Of a stretch of DNA of 64,000 nucleotides, positions 1 to 13,841 are shown one piece after another; the stretch's first letter is position 1, and each line of letters opens with the position of its first letter. The notes under the pieces were generated by a model, which was not told where the DNA came from, ran no database searches, and was given only the letters and a program-made list of their open reading frames with translations. The translations under genes were made by a program, and so were the position numbers. This stretch comes from Tubiluchus corallicola (lineage: Eukaryota; Animalia; Priapulida), in NCBI GenBank assembly GCA_030141605.1, contig JAQGDQ010000390.1, positions 1 to 64,000 of the forward strand. Direction: 5' to 3'.

Positions 1-301
1 ATAGTGAAAAATGAAATAATCTGTATAGCTATTGAAACTAATAAATTTCTGGTAATAAAACATTTTTATAGTTCTTCAACTGTCCAGTTATAAAACACCA
101 ATACTGACTACAGCTAAAATTCGTTCTAGGTTTGAAAGTGCTGACGATTGTAAAATATATTTAGAAGTTTCATAGAAAAACGCACTTTTCAGATTAGCGT
201 AATTAAATTTATTTGCACATTTGACAACTAGTTCATATTTTTGTGACTTTAGTTAGTATTCACTTAACTACACTAAAATTAAAAATAGTTAGTTAAAATT
301 A

Positions 302-743
302 CCGTATTTTCCCGTGTATAAGAGACCCTTGTGTATAAGAGACCCCTTCAATTTTTAGGCAAAAATTCTGGAAAAAAGTTTTTTCAGACGGACATTTTTA
401 GAGGGTAGAGTACAACTTTTTTCAACTCAGTGCGGTACTGAAAACAAAATAAAACCAGTTAATGTGTTGTAGAAAAAGAGTACTGGTATATATTAAAGTG
501 CGTACCTGCAAACCTGTAACAGGAAAAGAGAAAACGAGGAGATAATGCCTGTGTCACGATGCTTGTATTGCTTACAACCGCTTCATAGTCGAACGCGACA
601 CGCAAAACAGTTGTAGAGCACTTATTTCTTTAAAATCATTAGTGTCACAATTTATGCATCTTACTCCCATGTATAAGAGACCCCCTATTTTTAAAGTGAA
701 AATTCTGAGCAAAAAAGGGTCTCTTATACACGGGAAAATACGG
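302..743. mobile_element. Non-autonomous MITE, Tc1/mariner-pogo type
   Basis: Perfect 27-bp TIRs ccgtattttcccgtgtataagagaccc (302-328) / gggtctcttatacacgggaaaatacgg (717-743), TA on both sides (300-301, 744-745), internal repeats of tgtataagagac. Confidence 0.9.
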
Positions 744-3469
744 TAGTTAATTAAAATAAAGGTTTACATATGATAACAATCAGCATAAGAGTGAATTGCA
801 GTAAAAAAAATAAAATAGTTATAGTAGAAAACACACACGAAACAAAACTAAAGAACGCCACAAATTAACTGAATGAAATACACAAATTAACGAAATCTTT
901 TCAATCTGTTATTTACAGTTATTAAAATCACATCTGTCTATGGCAGATTTGAAAGCTTTAATTGAATCTGGCTGAACAGATTCTTCTGGCAATGCGATTC
1001 ACAACGATATTGCACGTACAAAAAATTATTTTGTCTTAAAATTTTACAACAACGTGGTAGAAGTAACTTGTATCCGTTACCCCGGGTAGAATTGATGCTA
1101 AAAGCGAAACAATTATTAGATACGTTAACATCGATCATATATGAATCAGTTTGTACAATTTCAATAATCAAGTACGCTTTCAAACAGCTATATGTTCTAA
1201 AGATTCAAGTTTTAAAAACTATCATCAGTATTTTTACAATCTTTCTGAAGTAAAAGAAACGCGTTCATTAACTAAACCCTGCATTCCTTAACTTTTATCA
1301 GTTTATGTTGCACAGCGTACTCAAACCTCGGTGACGTCATACGTAATTAGCCAACCAGAGAAGTTAGACTTCCTAACAACCGCACAACCTAAAAGCTGCG
1401 TGTGTACGTTTTACAAAGGAAAGCTGGATATTGTACTAGTGTGAGAAGGATTGAGGGAAACAACAGTGTAGTGAAAAATCAGTTTTATTAACACTGTCGC
1501 TTAAAATTATAGGTATGTGTGGATGTTTCATGGCATTGCATGGACGTTATGTATAATATAAGTGAATATTTGTTACCAAATATCTCAAACAGCTATAGAG
1601 GACGCTGATTTTCTTTGCTGTCTTAGCACTAAATTTTTTTGGTACATTAAAACATCGCCTTTTCAATTACTTTTTATTGGCCTGCAATTTCCAGTTTTTT
1701 GCTTCCGTGTTATCATGGCTTTTCTAAGACCATTTTTTTGTCATCAGAATCGTTATTAAAACCTACCTGTAGGAAATTTGTAGGTAACTAAAAGTTGAAC
1801 ACAAGCTTCTAGAATATAATTTGTTTACGTGAACTTGGAAACTTTTCTCGAACATTTGCAAAACTAGGATTTTGGATTCGGATGCTAATCTACTCGGACA
1901 GACTGAAGAGACGATTAGATGGTTAAAACATTAAAATAACAATGCAATACGATGATCAGGAAAGAAATAATTTCTGTTAAATTATAAAACACCATAAACG
2001 GTTTTCAGCATTCGAGCATATTTGACAAGGACTGCACATAGACTGTTTGTAATTATGGTAGAATATTACTTTGTTTGTATTGTTTTGCATGTTAAATTAC
2101 AATTAACTCAACTAGTTAACACTATGGAGCTGCTTCAGTAACTATGTTGCAATTAATGATGTTTTAAGCGTAAAATACTTTACATTTTTATACGAATAAC
2201 TGAAGCAAGCTCTAAACATACATACTTTCATGTGTAATTATGCCTATACATCTTTATGCAAAAGCTTCTGTATGTATGTATAAATGTGTTCGCATTTAAG
2301 TGTTTCGCACCATCATGGAACGAAAATCTTGCATGATTTAGAAGAATGAGATTAATATCAGAGCGATTACTATTAAAATTTTGAACGAGAAATTTCAGAT
2401 AATAAAAAGGAGATACATTTAAATGAAAATATTGGCAATAGAGCTGATTGAAAAAGAATACAATTAGATAAACAAGTAAACTGTATCACCTTTTACTGTA
2501 CACTACTCGACATTACTTTACTTTACTTAGATACATTTTACTGTATCTAAAATTCCGGTAAAATTTTGTCTGTGACAGCAGATGCTTTAAGTGGCAACAC
2601 TTAACAAAAAGAGTTAAGAAAACATAATATTTATTAACGTGTGAAATATTTGAAGTTCTTGCTGTTGAGTTTTTCAGCTTTCCATACTAATGTGAGTTTT
2701 TTTAGCCAACATTGTCACAGTGCAATATATATGAAAAATAGTCTGATACAAATTGTATCTGACAAACTTTTCTTAACGAAAGAGTATTTTTGTGGGAAGA
2801 AAACTGTGGACAATCTCAATAAAACATTTATTTGATGACACGCAACCACGTGACTGCTTTTTATTGGCCTGACCTCATTTTGTCAGATTTAATAAAAATC
2901 TGAGTTTGACAAACATTTTATCAAGCCTGGAGATACGCAAAACTCGGACGAATTGATGCTGACAAATTTTGCATTATTTGCATTCCATTCAAACCGGTAA
3001 GATCCGTTCTTCTGCAAGAAAATGTTCTGTTTGGAAGCCTCAGTTTGTTTTATATCGTTCGTTGTTACAGCAAAATTTCCATTGACAGTTCTGTTTCATT
3101 TATGTTCTTTCTTGTGATGGCAAAGCATTTTTGCATTGTCATAGTCTACTATGTAAAATGTCGTGGAACCAAAGCATATTGTTGCAAATAATCAGCTTTT
3201 TCTAAATTTGGAATTCACCTGTTTTGGAATATGGAATTCGTTCTCGACTTTTCCGTACTCTTTATAAAAAAATTCGAATGATGGATCAAAGCATGGAGAA
3301 CCTCGTGGTGTTACTCGCCAATCGGTGAACAACCGTCTTCTGTGTGAATAGGCTGTTGTTCCAAATCAGATTTTTTCTGGAATCGTGTTATGTATTCTTC
3401 ACGTTTGTCTTCTGTAACTATGTTCTCTGTCATGTTCATTAGCATATTGACAAGTTTAAAATTGACAAG

Positions 3470-4050
3470 GCTGGGCAATTCAGTCCTGTTTCATGTGCAT
3501 TTTCTACTCCACAATAGCTACATATTATCCCTGTAGGCTGAGGATTTAGCTTGTGCTTATATAATTGTGCACTAACTTTAGCAGCAATGCTGGTATGTGG
3601 CTCCCTCACTTGTTTGCTTCTGCCAAGAATTGTTCAAGCGTCCGTGTTTTACTAATGGCCTTTTGCATCAAGTTTTCATTTCTAACAGTTTGAATTATGT
3701 GTTCCAATATTCTATCAGATTCTGTTTGCTCAAACTCACATTTGGCTGCTTGCTTTCTCAGTCTTGCTGCATAAGAATTTATTGATTCGCCTTCTGCTTG
3801 CCTCATTTTGAGAAAGACATAACGACTATGATGCTCATTTTGTCTTGGTGTGAAATGTTCTGTCAATTTATGTTTCAACTGCTCGTAAACATCTCTACGG
3901 TCTGCACCATTTTCTGTTTGTATTGGGTCTGGCCAGCTTTCTTCCTGGCGTGCTATATCTTTACAATTAAGGCGTCTTTCTTATCCTGGGCCTCTAGAAT
4001 ACGGAAGTAACGAAATTGCCTTTGTAGGCAATCTTGATGTAATCTCGCCA
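3470..4050 (-). mobile_element. Degenerate Ty3/Gypsy-type gag fragment with primer-binding site
   Basis: ORF 3606-3878 (RYVFLKMRQAEGESINSYAARLRKQAAKCEF...) has the retrotransposon gag pattern; knuckle-like CSYCGVENAHETGLNCPA near 3470-3525; PBS-like TGGCGAG directly after the LTR end (4050-4044); stops and frameshifts present. Confidence 0.8.
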
Positions 4051-4348
4051 TGTGTTACCGAGCGCTAAATGGTCGATGTCGTATTGAAATGAGTCAACAA
4101 AAACATTGCAATGCGTCAACATAGACATTACATTGAGTCAACATAGACATTACAATAAGTCAACATAGACAATACAATGAGTCAACATAGGCATTACAAT
4201 GAGTCAACATAGACATTACAATGAGTCAACATAAACATTACAATGTGTCAACATAGGCATTACAAAGAGTCAACATAAACATTACAATGTGTCAACATAG
4301 GCATTACAATGAGTCAACATAAACAATACTGTGAGTCAACATGTTACA
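4051..4348 (-). mobile_element. 5' LTR of the Gypsy-type relic, largely made of a 22-bp tandem repeat
   Basis: Minus strand starts TGTAACAT (4348) and ends GTAACACA (4051), followed immediately by the PBS-like TGG and then gag. Confidence 0.6.
4091..4342. repeat. 22-bp minisatellite (gagtcaacatagacattacaat), about 11 copies
   Basis: Directly visible periodicity of 22. Confidence 0.9.
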
Positions 4349-4769
4349 GGTGCCACCATGTAATCATGATAGTCGTCTGTTGTAAAAAAGACAGTCTGGT
4401 GACTTTAATGTTCTGTTTCAATACTTGCGGCGTCAACCATTAAAACACACTAGCTGTTGGTCAGTCGGTTAGTCGTGGATTACATGTATTTAAATCTATA
4501 TGCATATAAACAAAAAGCGATATAAAGAAAAAATAACTGATTACTGATTAGCAAACTAACTAACTGGCTAATGGAGTGACTTACGACAGATTGCTTGATT
4601 AACCAACTGGCTGGCTCACCGACTTACCCACTGACTGACGAACAAATGAATAACCAACCAATGTCGCAACTTAGTTTCAATTTATGTAGTTAGAGTTGGA
4701 AAAATAGGAGTATTCATTTTGATTAGAAAAATATTTATTTCCTAAAGCAATTGTCTTTGTCAAATAGGT

Positions 4770-5228
4770 ATAAGGTACTTGCTTATAAGGGACCACAAAC
4801 GGTCCCGATTTTTCCTAACGTTTTTCTTATGTAAAAATCTTCGTATATAAGGCACTCGCATATAAGAGACTTTCAGTTGTAAGGGACGATATCTTCCGGT
4901 CCCGCATAGTAGAAACCCATGTAAATTACCTCGCATATAAGGGACTTTATGGTCAAAGCAAAATTGATTGATTTTTAATCTCAATTTTTCGCAAACTTGG
5001 TCTTCAAACAGCTCGGTTTCTGCGGTCACATACATCTCGCATCACTGAAGGAACTTCCTACATACCGTTTGCACTGAATGTGTAGCAATAGTCCATAAAA
5101 ATGTGCGTAAAGGTACAGGTCTAGATACACCCAAGATCTAGATCGGTCTGACTCAACTTCGGCTATAAGGGACATCTAATATAAGGGACGATTTTTTCCT
5201 GGTGTCCCTTATATCCAAGGTTTACTGT
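4770..5228. mobile_element. Pogo/Tigger-like MITE, left end decayed
   Basis: Right end gtcccttatatccaaggtttactg followed by ta; multiple internal (ta)taagggac subterminal motifs. Confidence 0.55.
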
Positions 5229-6456
5229 ATGTATCCATAGGACACACTTGAGTGCAAAATTGATGCAAAACTGTCTGTTATTTTGTTGACCTGTATATTG
5301 TAAGCTAAATTAAAGCTTCTATTATAAATACTGTCCTACTAAAAAGTGTCTATACATTGTATTAGTAAACAATTTTAAAAAGTAATGTAATAACTTTTTA
5401 GTATAATACGTAATTTTAGCTGTTGTGTTATTATATGATGTAATTTGTGATCCTAGATATAAAATAATTTTAAAAGTAAAATATAATTTAATGTGTATTA
5501 TTTAGTTTAATATATGTGATATAGTGTAGTGTATGTTTATATCATTTAATGTGTGCGCGTGTGTGTGTGTGCATGTTAGTGTGTTGTACATGTAATGTGT
5601 AATATAATGTATACTCTATAATCACAGATAATAAGATCAAAAAAATTAGATTTAGATAGAATAATGACAACTGAAAAGGGAAGGAAAATAAAAGTTTAAA
5701 CTTCGTCCTTTCCTTTTCTTGAAAACTTTTATTATAGTTTGATGTATTTTTATACTTCTGTGTGCAAATTTTGTGTAACATGAAATGTTTTTTTAACTCG
5801 TTCAATAAATAGAAATTTGTAAACAAAATAAGTAATTAAGTATTTGGTTTTATTTTCAAACAAAAAAGGTCATAAATTTTTTTGTATGCACAATACTAAT
5901 TTATTTTTAATATGACCAAGTTTTAATTAATTAACATAAAAACTATGAATTCCAGATTTAAACTTCGGTTTTTACAAGAACCCAGTTGTAATGTTTGTGG
6001 TTCACTTGCTTTAACGGAGAGTTTAAATCATGTTTACAAATATTGGAGATTATAATAAAACAGCATGCATAGAGCCACTGTTTACTACAATGCTGCTGCC
6101 ACCTACAGTAGCCATGTGCAAATGTTGCAAAACAGCTTGGATTTGACACTTGAGAAAGCAATGGCATTAGTATATAAAAAACATGTTCCGACGTTAGCAA
6201 CAGAGATCATACATCTCAAGCTATGTAGATTAAAAGCTTCTTTTTACAGTTCTTGTTTTAGTGAAATGAAAGTGTTAAAAGCCATGAAGTAAAACTTGAA
6301 GAACCTGCCAAACCAGATTCATTTATCGAGTAAAAGCTACAGACGCTTTTCTTAAGCAATGATCCATCAATGTTTTTCAAATGCATCACAAGGTATATAC
6401 ATTTTCCTTTGACTTTTCATAGTTGATAATCATTCACAAGTATCAATTAACAAATC

Positions 6457-7330
6457 TGTACACGACTGTCAACACGTATTTGTACGCGACTGTCAACACG
6501 TATTTGTACACGACTGTCAACACGTATTTGTACACAACTGTCAACACGTATCTGTACTGGACTGTCAGCACGTATCTGTACACGACTGTCAACACGTATT
6601 TGTACACGACTGTCAACACGTATCTGTACTGGACTGTCAGCACGTATCTGTACACGACTGTCAACACGTATCTGTACTGGACTGTCAACATATATTTGTA
6701 CACGACTGTCAACACGTATCTGTACTGGACTGTCAGCACGTATCTGTACACGACTGTCAACACGTATCTGTACTGGACTGTCAACACGTATCTGTACTGG
6801 ACTGTCAGCACGTATCTGTACACGACTGTCAACACGTATCGGTACTGGACTGTCAGCACGTATCTGTACACGACTGTCAACACGTATCTGTACAGGACTG
6901 TCAACACGTATTTGTACACGACTGTCAACACGTATCTGTACTGGACTGTCAGCACGTATCTGTACACGACTGTCAACACGTATCTGTACTGGACTGTCAG
7001 CACGTATCTGTACACGACTGTCAACACGTATCTGTACTGGACTGTCAACACGTATTTGTACACGACTGTCAACACGTATCTGTACTGGACTGTCAGCACG
7101 TATCTGTACACGACTGTCAACACGATCTGTACTGGACTGTCAGCACGTATCTGTACACGACTGTCAACACGTATCTGTACTGGGCTGTCAACACGTATCT
7201 GTACTGGACTGTCAGCACGTATCTGTACACGACTGTCAACACGATCTGTACTGGACTGTCAGCACGTATCTGTACACGACTGTCAACACGTATCTGTACA
7301 TGACTGTGAACACGTATCTGTGCACGACTG
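6457..7330. repeat. 24-bp minisatellite, about 36 copies, with variant units
   Basis: Units tgtacacgactgtcaacacgtatc and tgtactggactgtca(g/a)cacgtatc; accounts for the repetitive ORFs 6423-7340 and 6443-7123. Confidence 0.95.
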
Positions 7331-10320
7331 TGTTGTCTGACTCATTGGTTTCTAGGTTCTGATCTGGAAATATCTGTGTTGAACAACATTGCCATTGGGT
7401 GAAAAGTTTCATTACTAGGACAAGGATAGGCCAAGAACTTCAACGTGCTGTACAATTTTTCTACAGAGCACCAGAATGTTATACAGCACTCCATGATGCA
7501 CTAATATTGTATTGTATATTGTATTGTATATTAATTGCGGGCTGCTATCATGAACTGCGAGTACCGTGAAATTTTAGTTGTGTGAAATGCAAAGGTGTTG
7601 TAGTTGCTCTTTGGTTCTTTTTCGTGGCTCTCTGTGATTTTATTCTTAAGCATAAAGTGGCATTTACTGTGCTGTGTGCTGCCATCTTCTGTTAGCCTGC
7701 ATGACTACTTGTCTGCAAAGATGCCAGTTTGTCGGCATGTCTACTACACAACTACTGTGATCCATGTTACTACAAAATGCTACAAAACTGAACTACAAAA
7801 CTTCTAGAAAACCATCTCTACAGTTTATTCAACTGCTATAAATGATCAACTTCATTACAACTTCGTGGAAACAGCTGTAGATTCTATCCTGATCATGGGA
7901 AAGAGCATGTCTAAAAAACTTTTAAAAGTATTATAAAAAAATTAGTTAGAAATCTTAATTTAGACCAGTTGCGCAACCTGTAAAAAGTACAAAGTCTCAC
8001 GTGTTAAATGTTATTGTGGAACAATTCTCTTAAAGAATTTAAAGAATAAAGTGTTTTATAAACGGTGTGTAGAAGACATTTTTTCATTGTTCAAATCTAT
8101 AAACCTCACACCCCTGGTTTTTTAATTGTTTAAACCCATTGCATCAAACTTGCTTGAAATATTGAAAATATATGTTCATTATATTTTTTAGATAATACTG
8201 CTTCATAATGACCATGGTAGAATCTCTACATCTGTTTTCAGAAAGAATACGCATTACAAGTTATTGGTCTGCACGCTGGTTTTGAGTCTGTTTCTTGAAA
8301 ATTGTTCAAATGCAAGCTCATTCAAATTTTAGTATATAGATCTTTTTGTTTTTCATCATCGTGTCAGATATTTCACGAATAAGTTAATACTAAAAAAGTT
8401 ATGTAATTTTTAACAGATTTTCAGTGTTGTTAAACCATCAAAAAAATCTTAATAAAGTTTTTCCAAAAAAATCACCGTACTGTCCGTTCCCATAAAAGTA
8501 ATTTATTTACCTTTACTGTTTATTGGTTCTTAGCCCTTTCAAGTGAAAAATAAAATCAGGCATACGGTTAAGCAGCCGCATATTCATTATGCATTATTTT
8601 CCATTTAAAGACAAAATACCCACATTCTTGCAATCTGGTATTGATTATAGATTTCAGTGTAACAGCTGCAATGTTGCCTACCATAGCAAAGGTCCAGACT
8701 TTCTAAAGAAAGAATAATTGTATGAACATCTATTGATCTGCTCTAGAACTTGCAACTTATTTAGCAAGAAATTAAAAAGTCATCGTCAATCCTCAACACT
8801 AGCTACAGTTTTACTGTATATCTTTCTCTCTCTATCTGTTTCACTTCATCTTTGGCTGCCATATAAATACATAATTAGTGATTTTTAGATACTGCCAGTT
8901 TCGTCTAAAAAACTGTATGCCGTTTGTTTACCAATCACCCTGAAAATGACTACCAGACTCTGCAACTGACATCTTTTTGGTATTTTGTATTTTAAACTTA
9001 GTGCTTGTTAGAAAAGTTGTTACTTTCAATAAAATAGTGGTTCAGTGAGTGCATGTATAAATTGATTTTGTTTGTTGACCAGCGGATATGGGTGGGGATG
9101 GGGGTGCTGCATTTACCTTCAGATTTTGAGGACCCTACCAGGACTATTAGCACACTAGGCAAACAACGTGCCGCTGCAATGCTTTGCCTTTCCAAACTGA
9201 TTCAAAGATCAATCCTTACAGCTCATCGGCCAATTCACAATTTGCAGTCAGTTTACTAATTCTAGAATAATTATTGCTGACTGTAGTTATGCCCGAGGGA
9301 CACAAATTAGGATTTATGCAAGAAGATTCCCCTTGCTCTGTTTCCACATTTACTTACTTTCATTAAAGATAATCATGAAATTTATGAATAACTGATGCTT
9401 ACAGACGTAATATGTATTTAGCACTGAGCGTTCAATTACGATAAAATTTCCTGGGATTGTTATTATTATTCTGGGACGCTATTTTCAAATCGTTTTAATG
9501 AAAGAATGATTTAAGTTTTTTAATGTTTTAATCCTGCAAATTTGCAATTTTAGCACAAACCATTCCAAACTATATTATGGAAGCAAAGTGTACAGCTCCA
9601 AGATCACAGTTTGTGTTTACTAAGTTCTTTACTGTGTAAAAAATAGCGAGGGAAATTACTGCTACTATTGTCGGTTTTATTAAAATTCGTCATCGTCATC
9701 GTCACCATCACTATCATCATCATCTTCTTCTTCATGATCATGATCATCATTAATATCATCGTCGTAGTCGCAGCATTGCATAAACGCAGTAGAAAATACA
9801 GGACAATAACTTGGTGAAAATTTTCGTATTTGCTGTTTTCATAATTTCAAGCATTTATTTAAGATTTCCAATATCGTTATTGAACTCGGTGTTTTTAAAA
9901 ACTCCCATTTTTCCTCTTCTTGCAAATTTTCTCATTTTTTCTTTCACTTTAGCACTTATTATTTAACACAAGGCTAGTTATTAAGAAGGCACATGTCTAA
10001 CAAGCATCAAATTCTATTGAACACAAAAAGTGAACATTTATTCATTTGATTAATGCATTTATTCCCAGATAACTTTACTGTTATTACAATATTACAAGTA
10101 ATTTCACCTCTCAAATGTCACACATGCAATACTTGACTAACGAGCATAGAATAAAACCAATCTCCATATCAACTGTTAATTGAGTAACTAATGCAAGCAA
10201 CTTGATGTCTTACTTAATCCAAGTCTTGCTGGTCAGTTCAAGTACCATTTATTAGGGTTGATTTGAAACAAATTCGATTCTATGCTGATTTTACATTAAA
10301 TCTGCAGTTCTAGTAGATAT

Positions 10321-10429
10321 TAGGGGTGAGCATCGAACGTTCGAATTCGAAACACTGAAGTTCGATTCGATTCGAATTCGAAAGTCACAAATCACAAAGT
10401 CACTTTCTGGTAGAGAATGCTAACCCCTA
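10321..10429. mobile_element. Internally deleted hAT-type MITE in the predicted 3' UTR of Kazal gene A
   Basis: TIR taggggtgagcat / atgctaaccccta; 8-bp TSD GTAGATAT on both sides; TTCGAA-rich subtermini; opposite orientation to the copy at 18361. Confidence 0.9.
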
Positions 10430-10524
10430 GTAGATATATATTCATGCTGCAGTACACCTACAATAAAAATAAAACGCAAGAGAAAAATTAGAGCAAAAGG
10501 AACAATCGATAATATGTAACGTTA

Positions 10525-13500
10525 TTAGCGTCCTCTCCAGCACCAATCGCACTCGACCATATATGCATTCGGATATTTTTTCTTTGCTTCACATTCAGCC
10601 CTAAATGTAGAAAAAAATTAGAAAGCCATCTGCAGAAATCTACAGTAATTAGGCCCTACCATCATGAGTTGAATATTTGCATGAAAATGCCGAGCTGCAT
10701 AAGAAAATTGGAGAAGATTATTCGATTTTCTACTGCCTCTCGCTTTGTGCCAAGGACAGTCAATAATGAGCAGCCCAATTACAAAAACTGCAACAGCCAT
10801 GGTGAAATAACAACCACAAAGTTCGTAGCTTTATAATTAACAAATAAAAATGAAAAACATATTAGATTAGTAGAATCATTGATTGATAGATCTCGCTCTC
10901 CTAGCAGCATTATGCACAACGTGCATCGTTAGCACAAATAATTTGACAAACGTTGGTTAGTCAGGAAACAAATCAAAAGTGAACGTATAGACTTGGCAGT
11001 TTATATTATGTAGTGTTCACCTTGCATTCCACCAAGTTGAGATTGAGAACATTATTGTGCCAGGTATTAAACGGTTTTTGCCCTATTAATTTGGCGTGTT
11101 GTTTTTTGAAAGTTTTCCAAACATATTTTCTCAACGAAAAATTGATGTTAGTTGTTGCTTAGAACATATTGAGAAAACATGACCTGCAGCTGCAATGACA
11201 GAGCACGTGACCTGCAGCTCCAATGACAGAGCACGTGACTTGCAGCTCCAATGACAGAGCACGTGACTTGCAGCTCCAATGACAGAGCACGTGACTTGCA
11301 GCTCCAATGACAGAGCACGTATGATTTTACTACTGTGGGATCTTTCACTTCGCGCCACCATAAAAAAATCTGATTCAATGTATCAACGCTAGAAAGACCC
11401 CGAAATCTACAGCCATCAATTTTTATACTTACACATCTCTTTCGCATTCATTTGGGTACCTCTCACATCTCTGTTCTCTTGGAACACCCGCGCCCATTAA
11501 TTTATAACAAGCTAAGCTATAACCAGCTTCAGAACAGTCTTTAGTACACGCATCTGATTCTGGTGAGGATGTAGGACAGGGACATTTTCCATCGCACTTC
11601 TTTTTCACGCCTACAGGTAAATAATAGACAAATTTCTTGACCTGTCGATTAATAAAGAGCAAAAATGCAAGCAAAATAAATATATTGGTAAGCCTTGAAA
11701 ACATTTCTAGCATTGGGAGTCGAACTAAGGTCTTGTTAACGGACTGAATATTTTATATTGAGCCAAGGCCGGTTTCAAGCCAATTCAACAGATTTGTTTA
11801 AAAACTGGACCCCACGCCAAGAGACACGCTCGAGTGGAGGACCTTATGTGGTGAATTGTTTAATTAATTAAAGTTTCCTGATTCTGTGAAGACTGTGAAA
11901 CTATTCAGTCTGTTCTTGTATATCCATATTTCAACGTAATTTTGCTGATCATTTATTTCTTCTGAAATGTCAGTTCATCGGCAGCATTTACATAATTTAA
12001 AAATGGTAGGTAATTGGTGAACCTGTGTACGTTAGTTAGATTGCGGCTTGATTGTAATTGTTCTAATTTGAGGAAGATATTCAAACCCTTAACCCACGTA
12101 TTTATGGTCAATAATTTCATAATAGAAAGTAAATAATATTGTGATTACATATACAAAATATAAAAACTATTGACTATGAAACAATTTTGAAAGATTTCTA
12201 GGATAAAAAAGCCAAATTACTTGTTTTAGAAGTCCTATGCACAAACAGTTTGTAAAGTTATTATCTTGTCTTGAAATAAAACATTAAAACTTTCATATGG
12301 ATTTTCAATTTTTTGCATTTCAGTGTGGCTAATGGTAGAGCTTCAAACCCTAAACACTTTTTGGTTGAGACTGGTGTACTGAACCATCCATCTTGAGCTT
12401 TTGTAGGGTAAACGCCATCACTAACTGTTTTCCAAGTTCCCCGCATTTCCTAGCATCGGCCCTGCTCTAAATAACTTACTTACCAATACAGTTCAGGCGA
12501 CATTCATTTGGATAAGTCTTATCATTCTCTCCACATACACGTGAGTCATCTTTTGACCGCGGACATAGCTGTTTGCATGACTTTTGCGAGGGCGTAGGAC
12601 AAGGACATTTTCCATCGCACTTCTTTTGCACCCCTACAATCAAATAAACCAGATTTGTTGATCAGTAATAAACAAAACGCGTGTAAAACAAATTAATTAG
12701 AAAGCTTGAAAAATATCGTTAGATGTGGGATTTGAACTAAGGTTGTGCATACTTTAGGCAACTGATATAGATGTATGTATAGATATTATGTATCAGATAT
12801 AGTTATACTGATACAGTAACTTACAGTATTTTGCATTGAGTAACGTACCAAAACAGTTGAGGCGACATTCATTTGGATAAGTCTTATCATTCTCTCCACA
12901 CACAGGTAAGTCATCTTTTGAGCGTGGACATTGCTGTTTGCACAACTTTGACTCTAGTGGAATTAAAATGTCACGTTATTTTCTATTAAGCTCCCAAATT
13001 ATATTCATAGTTTACGTAGTTAGTCGGCGCCCATTGCAAAAAAGACTCAGGGATTGAGACCATACTGGAAGTAAGTACATGCATGTATGACTATTCGAAG
13101 ACCATCAAAAAATTCTACAGGTCAGGCAAAACCAAACTGTGCATCTGCATTCATTAAAATGTGGAGAATTTTACAATCTTTGAGACCATGCTGGAAATTA
13201 GTATATGGTGCAAGAGTGAGTATATGAGGACACCTAAAAACTCCCCAGGCCAGTTAAAACCAGACTGCGCATGTGCTGCATTTGTTAAAATATGGAGAGC
13301 TGTAGCTCACTGAGGTCTTGGTTACTGTGAAAGTTGTAACTGTGTATTTTAGGTGCTGCCATCTATTGATTAGTTACTTTAACATTTACTAGTTAATACG
13401 GAAAGCTGTAGTTCACTGAGGTCTTGGTTACCCCATGAACGCATATCATACTCTACGGCGCACCAGTTGCTGAAGTTTTTGACAGCCTTTCGATATTTCC

Positions 13501-13841
13501 TTGGTATTTTTGTCTATTCGCTGTTAGAAAAGAGTACAATCTTATATCTATACATGTGCTAAAAACAATCACTAATGAAAACAAAAAAGGCAAGAAATGA
13601 GCTCCGCCAGATGCTTAGAAAGTACATGAATGGCTTTCTGTTAAATATCACTCACCTGCCTGCTTCTACTTCAGCCCGAAAACCACTATCACATCAATGT
13701 GGATTTTTTAAAAAGTGGCAAAAGTAGCTCCCCCCCCCCCCTCAGATGGTTAAACAATAAAGCACGCAGCACAATCTGAATTTACTTACCTGGCTGACCT
13801 GCTATGAAAACAGGCATCAACAGAATCAGTAAGAGCTTCAT
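10525..13841 (-). CDS. Secreted three-domain Kazal-type protease-inhibitor-like protein, paralog A (about 186 aa, 5 coding exons)
   Basis: Coding exons (minus) 13790-13841, 12849-12953, 12484-12633, 11433-11610, 10525-10600, all GT-AG and frame-consistent: MKLLLILLMPVFIAGQPESKLCKQQCPRSKDDLPVCGENDKTYPNECRLNCFGVQKKCDGKCPCPTPSQKSCKQLCPRSKDDSRVCGENDKTYPNECRLNCIGVKKKCDGKCPCPTSSPESDACTKDCSEAGYSLACYKLMGAGVPREQRCERYPNECERDVAECEAKKKYPNAYMVECDWCWRGR*. Signal peptide plus Kazal signature PVCGxxxKTYxNEC; AATAAA on minus at 10058-10063 and 10037-10042. Confidence 0.9.
11180..11320. repeat. 28-bp minisatellite, about 5 copies, in the last intron of Kazal gene A
   Basis: Unit tgcagctccaatgacagagcacgtgact. 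Confidence 0.9.
11764..12464. mobile_element. Probable MITE-like insertion in an intron of Kazal gene A
   Basis: Ends caaggccgg... and ...tcggccctg; about 700 bp absent from the homologous intron of paralog B (17957-18159); no clear TSD. Confidence 0.4.

Noticed and set aside
1325-1520. TGACGTCA site followed by an exon-like segment and donor AG|GTATGT
   Set aside because: No downstream coding exons could be linked; insufficient for a gene call.
2846-2867. ERSE-like CCAAT-N9-TCACG on the minus strand
   Set aside because: One mismatch to consensus and no associated gene recognised.
6423-7340. 305-aa and 226-aa repetitive ORFs
   Set aside because: Produced by a 24-bp minisatellite that is stop-free on both strands and broken by 1-nt deletions; no gene context.
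11429-11713. ORFs 11429-11713 and 17763-17966 as stand-alone Cys-rich toxins ending ERDV*
   Set aside because: The stop overlaps a GTAAGT donor and the starts are intronic; they are internal exons of the Kazal genes.
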